From contig DASUFY010000243.1 of assembly GCA_036274315.1 (NCBI GenBank), positions 1,329 through 65,328 on the forward strand: 64,000 nt of DNA, read 5' to 3'. This document shows positions 59,964-64,000 of this stretch, in pieces; the stretch's first letter is position 1; each line of letters opens with the position of its first letter. A program made the translations under genes and the position numbers. This DNA is from Planctomycetota bacterium (GTDB lineage: Bacteria > Planctomycetota > UBA1135 > UBA2386). The notes beneath the pieces were generated by a model, which was not told where the DNA came from, made no database searches, and worked only from the letters and a program-made list of their open reading frames with translations.

Positions 59964-61778
59964 TCAGCGCGGCGTCTGCGGGAACTTCAGGTACGGCAGG
60001 CGCACGCCCAGGAACGAGAAGTTGTCGATGCGCAGTTCGGGCGGCGGCTCGAAGCCGCGGCCGCCCTCGAACGCGATGAGGTCGTTCTGCTCGACGCCAT
60101 CGCCCGACACGCCGAGCGCTCCGACGAGCTGGCCAGCCTTGTAGAGCGGCACGGTGCCTGGGAAGAACGTCAGGCCGTTCTGGTAGCCGGGGTCCGGCGG
60201 CTCGCGGCCCCAGCGGTCGGCCTGGGCCGGCAGCTGGTTCAGTTGCGCGAGGGCGAACAGGGGGCCGGGCGTGCCGAAGTTCTCGTCGATGCCGGGCGGA
60301 TAGAACGGCTGCGACAGGAAGCCGAGCGCGCGCGTCGTGATCGCGACGCCGCGGTTCTGGCCGGTCGGATCGACCGGGAAGCCGGGCCACTGGTCGGCCG
60401 GGGCCGGACCGCCGGGCCGACTGTAGTAGACGACGCTGCGCGCCTTGGCCGGCACGACGTCGATGGCATCGCACAGCGTGTCCTCCATGCGGAAGTGCGC
60501 GAGGATCAGCCCGCGCGTGTCGACGACGGTGGCGATCACCTTGGCGCCGCTGCCGAGCGGCAGGCGGACCTGGCCGCGCGTGATGTTGGCGCTCGCGACG
60601 ACCTGGTTGATGATCGTCGTGACGTCGGTCTGCGTCAGCAGCTGGCCGCCGAAGCCGCTGACGCCGGGGCGCGGCCCGATCAGGTAGCCGAAGGGATCGG
60701 GGCGGCCGTCGGTCGGCACGACGAGCCAGTTCGTGTCCTGCGGCGGATTCGGCGGCGGTGCCGCGGGCGGCGGCAACGGCGCCGTGCCCGGACCGAAGCC
60801 GGTGGGGCGCGTCGTCTGCTTGACGTACGGCAGCAGGATGCCCGCGATCGTGATCGCACCCTCGGTCGGGATGCTCAGGAAGAAGTTCTCGTCGCCGGGC
60901 GCGCCGCTGCCCGAAGCGCCCGTGATCGCAGCGAACTCCGCGGCCAGCTCGTCGGGCACGGCGGCCGGATTGGCCGCGAGGCTCCGCCGCACGAAGACGC
61001 CGATGCCGCCGACGAGGCGCGGCACGCCGGTGCTGTTGGCCTTGTAGAGCGGCACCGCGCCGGGCAGCGAGACGATGCCGGGGCTCGGGAACGTACCGCC
61101 GTTGAAGCCGCCGACGCCGTTGAACGCCGCACCGTTGATGTTGCGCGACGGGAAGAAGATCTTGTTCGGATCGAAGTCCGGGGCGACGTTCGTGTTGAAC
61201 GCGGTCGGCGGGACCGTCAGGTTCGTCGCGATGTCGGCGCCGCGGTTCGTCGCCTGGATCTGCCAGAGCGGCCCCTGCGGCGTGCCCGCGATGCCGGTCG
61301 TCGTGCGGTTGGGCGCGAGCACCGTGTCCGGGAACGGGCCGGCGCCGCTGCTCTGGGGCAGCTGCGAGGCGATGAAGGGCAGACCGAAGGTCGGCGGGAA
61401 GTGGAACGTCGACAGCGTCTCGACCGTGCGCGACGACAGCGGCGCCTGGCTGTTGCTGAAGAAGCCCGTCGTACGGCCGAGGTTGACGGCGATGTTGTCC
61501 TCGTCGGCGATCGTGATGCCCGGCACGCTGTACGCGCCGAGGATGTCGCCCGTGCGCGAGACCACGGCCACGTGCAGGTCCGGGCTGTCGATCGAGGCGA
61601 CCGCGCGGCTGATGATGAGCTGCACGTCGGCCGCCGTCAGCGGCAGGACGTCGCCGAACACCGGCAGGTTCGGCGCCGAAGTGCCGCGCACGGTGCCGCT
61701 GCACGAGGAGAACGCGACGCCCGCAGCCGCGAGACTGGCGAGCACGCAGAACGTCAGACGACTGGGTGTGACGGTCAT
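59964..61778 (-). CDS. Lipoprotein with two expanded GlcG/DUF336 (HbpS-like) halves
   Basis: Lipobox GVAFSSC. Half 1: LTAADVQLIISRAVA...HVAVVSRTGDILGAY...GAVPLYK...LVGGIGV. Half 2: LTQTDVTTIINQVVA...VIATVVDTRGLILAHFRM...GTVPLYKAGQLVGALGVSGDGVEQNDLIAFEG. Confidence 0.75.
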   Translation of the reverse strand: MTVTPSRLTFCVLASLAAAGVAFSSCSGTVRGTSAPNLPVFGDVLPLTAADVQLIISRAVASIDSPDLHVAVVSRTGDILGAYSVPGITIADEDNIAVNLGRTTGFFSNSQAPLSSRTVETLSTFHFPPTFGLPFIASQLPQSSGAGPFPDTVLAPNRTTTGIAGTPQGPLWQIQATNRGADIATNLTVPPTAFNTNVAPDFDPNKIFFPSRNINGAAFNGVGGFNGGTFPSPGIVSLPGAVPLYKANSTGVPRLVGGIGVFVRRSLAANPAAVPDELAAEFAAITGASGSGAPGDENFFLSIPTEGAITIAGILLPYVKQTTRPTGFGPGTAPLPPPAAPPPNPPQDTNWLVVPTDGRPDPFGYLIGPRPGVSGFGGQLLTQTDVTTIINQVVASANITRGQVRLPLGSGAKVIATVVDTRGLILAHFRMEDTLCDAIDVVPAKARSVVYYSRPGGPAPADQWPGFPVDPTGQNRGVAITTRALGFLSQPFYPPGIDENFGTPGPLFALAQLNQLPAQADRWGREPPDPGYQNGLTFFPGTVPLYKAGQLVGALGVSGDGVEQNDLIAFEGGRGFEPPPELRIDNFSFLGVRLPYLKFPQTPR

Positions 61779-61780
61779 GG

Positions 61781-63508
61781 TTACCAGGTCGTGATCAGGG
61801 CCGTGAAGAAGGAGTAGCGCATGTCGTTCGAGTCGTAGATGCGCGCAAAGCCCTCGTCGGGGATCAGCGCCGAGGCACCGAACTGCACGATGACGTTGTT
61901 GGTCAAGAGCGGCCGGTATTGCGTGCCGAAGAAGACCTCGGTGCCGATCGACTTGCTGATGTCGGCAGCCTGCAGCAGGAACTCGAGCGACTCGGTCTTG
62001 TCGAAGCGCAGATAGGTCGCGCCGACCTGCGCGCGCCACTTCGGGGCCAGCTCGGCGTCGACCGCACCGCCGATCAGCAGCACGCCCGGATTGACGAAGT
62101 TCGACTGGCCCTGGGTCTTCGAGGTCTTGAGGTCGGCGAGCGGGCTGCCGGGATTGGTCAGGTTGGTGCCGACGAACTTGAGTCCCTGCGAGTTCCAGAA
62201 CGAGAACGAACCGCCGCCGAAGTTCGGGTTGTCGACGATCGAGTCGAAGCCCTTGCCCTTGCCGTCGCGCGGATCGCTGTCGCCCGACGCATAGAGCGCG
62301 AAGACGCGCGGCCGCCACCAGTCGATGTCGTAGGACAGCTCCGCCGCGGCGAAGCGCGCCTCGATGTCGATCGGCCGCGCCGCGATCGCATTCTGCTCCT
62401 CGCTGCCGAACGCGCGGTAGAGCTGGTGCGTGATGTTCCAGCGGCCCAGGTGGCCCTCGCCGGCCCAGCCGAAGTAGTAGGCGTCCAGCTTGTTCGGCGT
62501 GAAGTTGCCGATCGGCGCCGGCGCGACGAGGAAGCCGTTGTCGTCGAACTCGACGGCACGGCGATCGCGGTTGTAGTGGAACGACAGCGAGGTCGTGTAG
62601 CCCTTGACCGGCCAGTCCTGGCGATAGATGTTGGCGATGAACACGTTCTGGTCGCGATCCTCGTAGCGGTTGAGCTGCGAGTTGGTGTCCTTGTCGAGCT
62701 CGTCGAACGCCGCCAGGTTGAACTGCCACTTGTTCTGATCGGCGTTGCCGAAGAACCGGATGCCGAGGTTGGTGTCCTCGAACAGGAAGCCGCGGAAGTC
62801 GCTGCGGAACGGCAGCACACCGGCCTCGACGCTGGCGAAGTCGTAGCGGTCGCTGAGGTCGAACAGGTGGTACTCGACGAACGCCTCCTGCAGCGTGACG
62901 TCGCCGCGGTTGCGCGTCGTGCCCTGCGCCGGGTCGATGACCACGACGCCGACCTCGTTGACGTCGAGCCTCGTGTAGTTGAACACGGGCGTGATCCGGA
63001 TGCGCCAGTCGACGGGGCGGAACGCCTGCTGGCCGCGGAACAGGTCGAACGTCAGCGCGAAGTCGTCCTGGATGAACGTCTGCCGGCCGTCGCCGAAGTT
63101 GTTCGGGTTGACCGGGCCGGGCCCCGTGATGCCGCTCGGCGTCGGCACGTCGCGGCGTTCGTAGAACAGGCGGTTCGTCGCAGTCAGCGAGAAGAACAGG
63201 TCCTCCGTGCCGAGGATCGGGAAGTCGCCCTTGAGTTCGTTCTGGCGGTACGGATTCCACCACGCCGCGGGCTCGTTGACGATGTAGTCGGGCGGCTCTA
63301 CGCCGCCGACCGGGCGACCGGGCGCGAACCAACGCGATGGGAACGGCTCGAAGTCGCGCAGCGCCGGCGGCTGCGCCGCCGGTCGACCCTGCGGCTCCCC
63401 ACCCTGCGGTTCCTGACCCTTCGGCTCCTGAGCCTGCGGTTCCTGTGCGACGCTTGCGACCGCGAGGCAGCCGAACCCCACCATCAGCGGAAAGACCCAG
63501 CGTGTCAT
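61781..63508 (-). CDS. Outer-membrane beta-barrel protein (uncharacterised family)
   Basis: GAGGA SD, signal peptide MTRWVFPLMVGFGCLAVASVAQ, amphipathic beta-strand pattern throughout, C-terminal aromatic end SFFTALITTW. Its stop lies 2 nt before the lipoprotein start. Confidence 0.8.
   Translation of the reverse strand: MTRWVFPLMVGFGCLAVASVAQEPQAQEPKGQEPQGGEPQGRPAAQPPALRDFEPFPSRWFAPGRPVGGVEPPDYIVNEPAAWWNPYRQNELKGDFPILGTEDLFFSLTATNRLFYERRDVPTPSGITGPGPVNPNNFGDGRQTFIQDDFALTFDLFRGQQAFRPVDWRIRITPVFNYTRLDVNEVGVVVIDPAQGTTRNRGDVTLQEAFVEYHLFDLSDRYDFASVEAGVLPFRSDFRGFLFEDTNLGIRFFGNADQNKWQFNLAAFDELDKDTNSQLNRYEDRDQNVFIANIYRQDWPVKGYTTSLSFHYNRDRRAVEFDDNGFLVAPAPIGNFTPNKLDAYYFGWAGEGHLGRWNITHQLYRAFGSEEQNAIAARPIDIEARFAAAELSYDIDWWRPRVFALYASGDSDPRDGKGKGFDSIVDNPNFGGGSFSFWNSQGLKFVGTNLTNPGSPLADLKTSKTQGQSNFVNPGVLLIGGAVDAELAPKWRAQVGATYLRFDKTESLEFLLQAADISKSIGTEVFFGTQYRPLLTNNVIVQFGASALIPDEGFARIYDSNDMRYSFFTALITTW
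63387..63446. repeat. 15-nt tandem repeat x4 encoding (Q/G)EP(Q/K)(A/G) units after the OMP signal peptide
   Basis: ccctgcggctcccca / ccctgcggttcctga / cccttcggctcctga / gcctgcggttcctgt. Confidence 0.75.
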
Positions 63509-63671
63509 GCGGTTCCTCACGAGACTCGTTCGACCAGAAAGCCCGGGCGATTGGAGCGCGATGGCCCGGCCCATGGAAGAAGAACTTGCGAGGCAGGGGC
63601 CACCTCGTTCGACTCTTTCCTGCGGGCCCTCGCATCGCGAAGAACTCCGATCTAGCATCGCGCCCGCTGAC

Positions 63672-64000
63672 GATGCCGAGCTTCCAGCTGATCATTCGCG
63701 AACCCGGCAAGGAGCCGCGATCCGTGCCGCTGTCCTCCGCGGTGGTCGTGGGCCGTTCGCGGCGCGCGAACGTGACGATCGAGGATCAGGAAGTCGGGCG
63801 CGAACAGTTCCGCATCGAGATCCAGGGCACCACCGTCTACGTCGAGAGCCTCGGGCGCACGAACCGCACCCGCATCGACGAGTCGACGCTCGACGCGGGC
63901 ACGCGCATCGCGCTGCCGGCGAGCGCGACGCTGTATGCGGGCCGCACGACGTTCCAGGTCGTCGCCGCGGGCGCGACCCCCGGCGAGTCGCCGCCGGCCG
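63672..64000 (+). CDS. FHA-domain protein (5' part only; continues beyond the window)
   Basis: I translated this myself: MPSFQLIIREPGKEPRSVPLSSAVVVGRSRRANVTIEDQEVGREQFRIEIQGTTVYVESLGRTNRTRIDES...GRTTFQVV. There is no stop before position 64000. Confidence 0.75.

Noticed and set aside
57873-61817. 1314-aa plus-strand ORF
   Set aside because: It is antisense to the NIDO-like and GlcG-like genes and has Arg/Asp/Glu-rich low-complexity composition.

Overview
This is a high-GC bacterial chromosomal window. Sampled 60-nt lines run about 75% GC in housekeeping genes and 55-60% in several secreted-protein genes. I found no rRNA, tRNA or CRISPR array. I support about 45 protein-coding genes. The six-frame track is dominated by long spurious antisense ORFs, as expected at this GC content, so calls rest on recognisable motifs, signal peptides, SD sequences and start/stop overlaps.

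Gene content from left to right:
- A repeat-rich non-coding leader, a small Cys-rich secreted peptide and a large membrane-anchored protein.
- A patch of gene fragments (thioesterase paralog, AAA ATPase N-terminus).
- A transglutaminase-like lipoprotein plus YedE operon.
- Secreted proteins and lipoproteins.
- An ECF sigma factor convergent with a Ser/Thr kinase fused to an FGE domain.
- An IS91-like transposase remnant next to a Leu/Val/Phe-type dehydrogenase-thioesterase pair.
- A class V aminotransferase.
- A TetR-OMF-MFP-RND efflux operon with a clear operator palindrome.
- A hybrid histidine kinase.
- Two amidohydrolases, Sel1 and Kelch proteins, a cNMP-domain::aspartase fusion and a tricorn-like protease.
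- MeaB and a GNAT acetyltransferase.
- A minus-strand envelope cluster: FHA-TM, Kelch-like, S8 protease, FHA-TM-CAP and a methyltransferase.
- A GT-C-like membrane pair.
- A NIDO-like secreted protein, a tandem GlcG-like lipoprotein plus outer-membrane barrel operon, and a third FHA protein running off the end of the window.

Most interesting signals:
1. A (CA)14 tract fills codons 2-11 of the S8 protease, so one-unit slippage would switch the gene off.
2. A structured element of about 113 nt with a covarying 20-bp hairpin starts exactly at the stop codons of two unrelated secreted-protein genes 20 kb apart.
3. An unnamed C-terminal module of about 110-135 aa is shared by four secreted proteins, including the protease.
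4. Three proteins have N-terminal FHA domains, two of them clearly membrane-anchored, around the protease.
5. A cyclic-nucleotide-binding domain is fused to aspartate ammonia-lyase.
6. An outer-membrane barrel is tightly coupled to a lipoprotein with two GlcG/DUF336-like halves.

The taxon cannot be assigned from sequence alone. The gene repertoire resembles high-GC Planctomycetota- or Myxococcota-like genomes.
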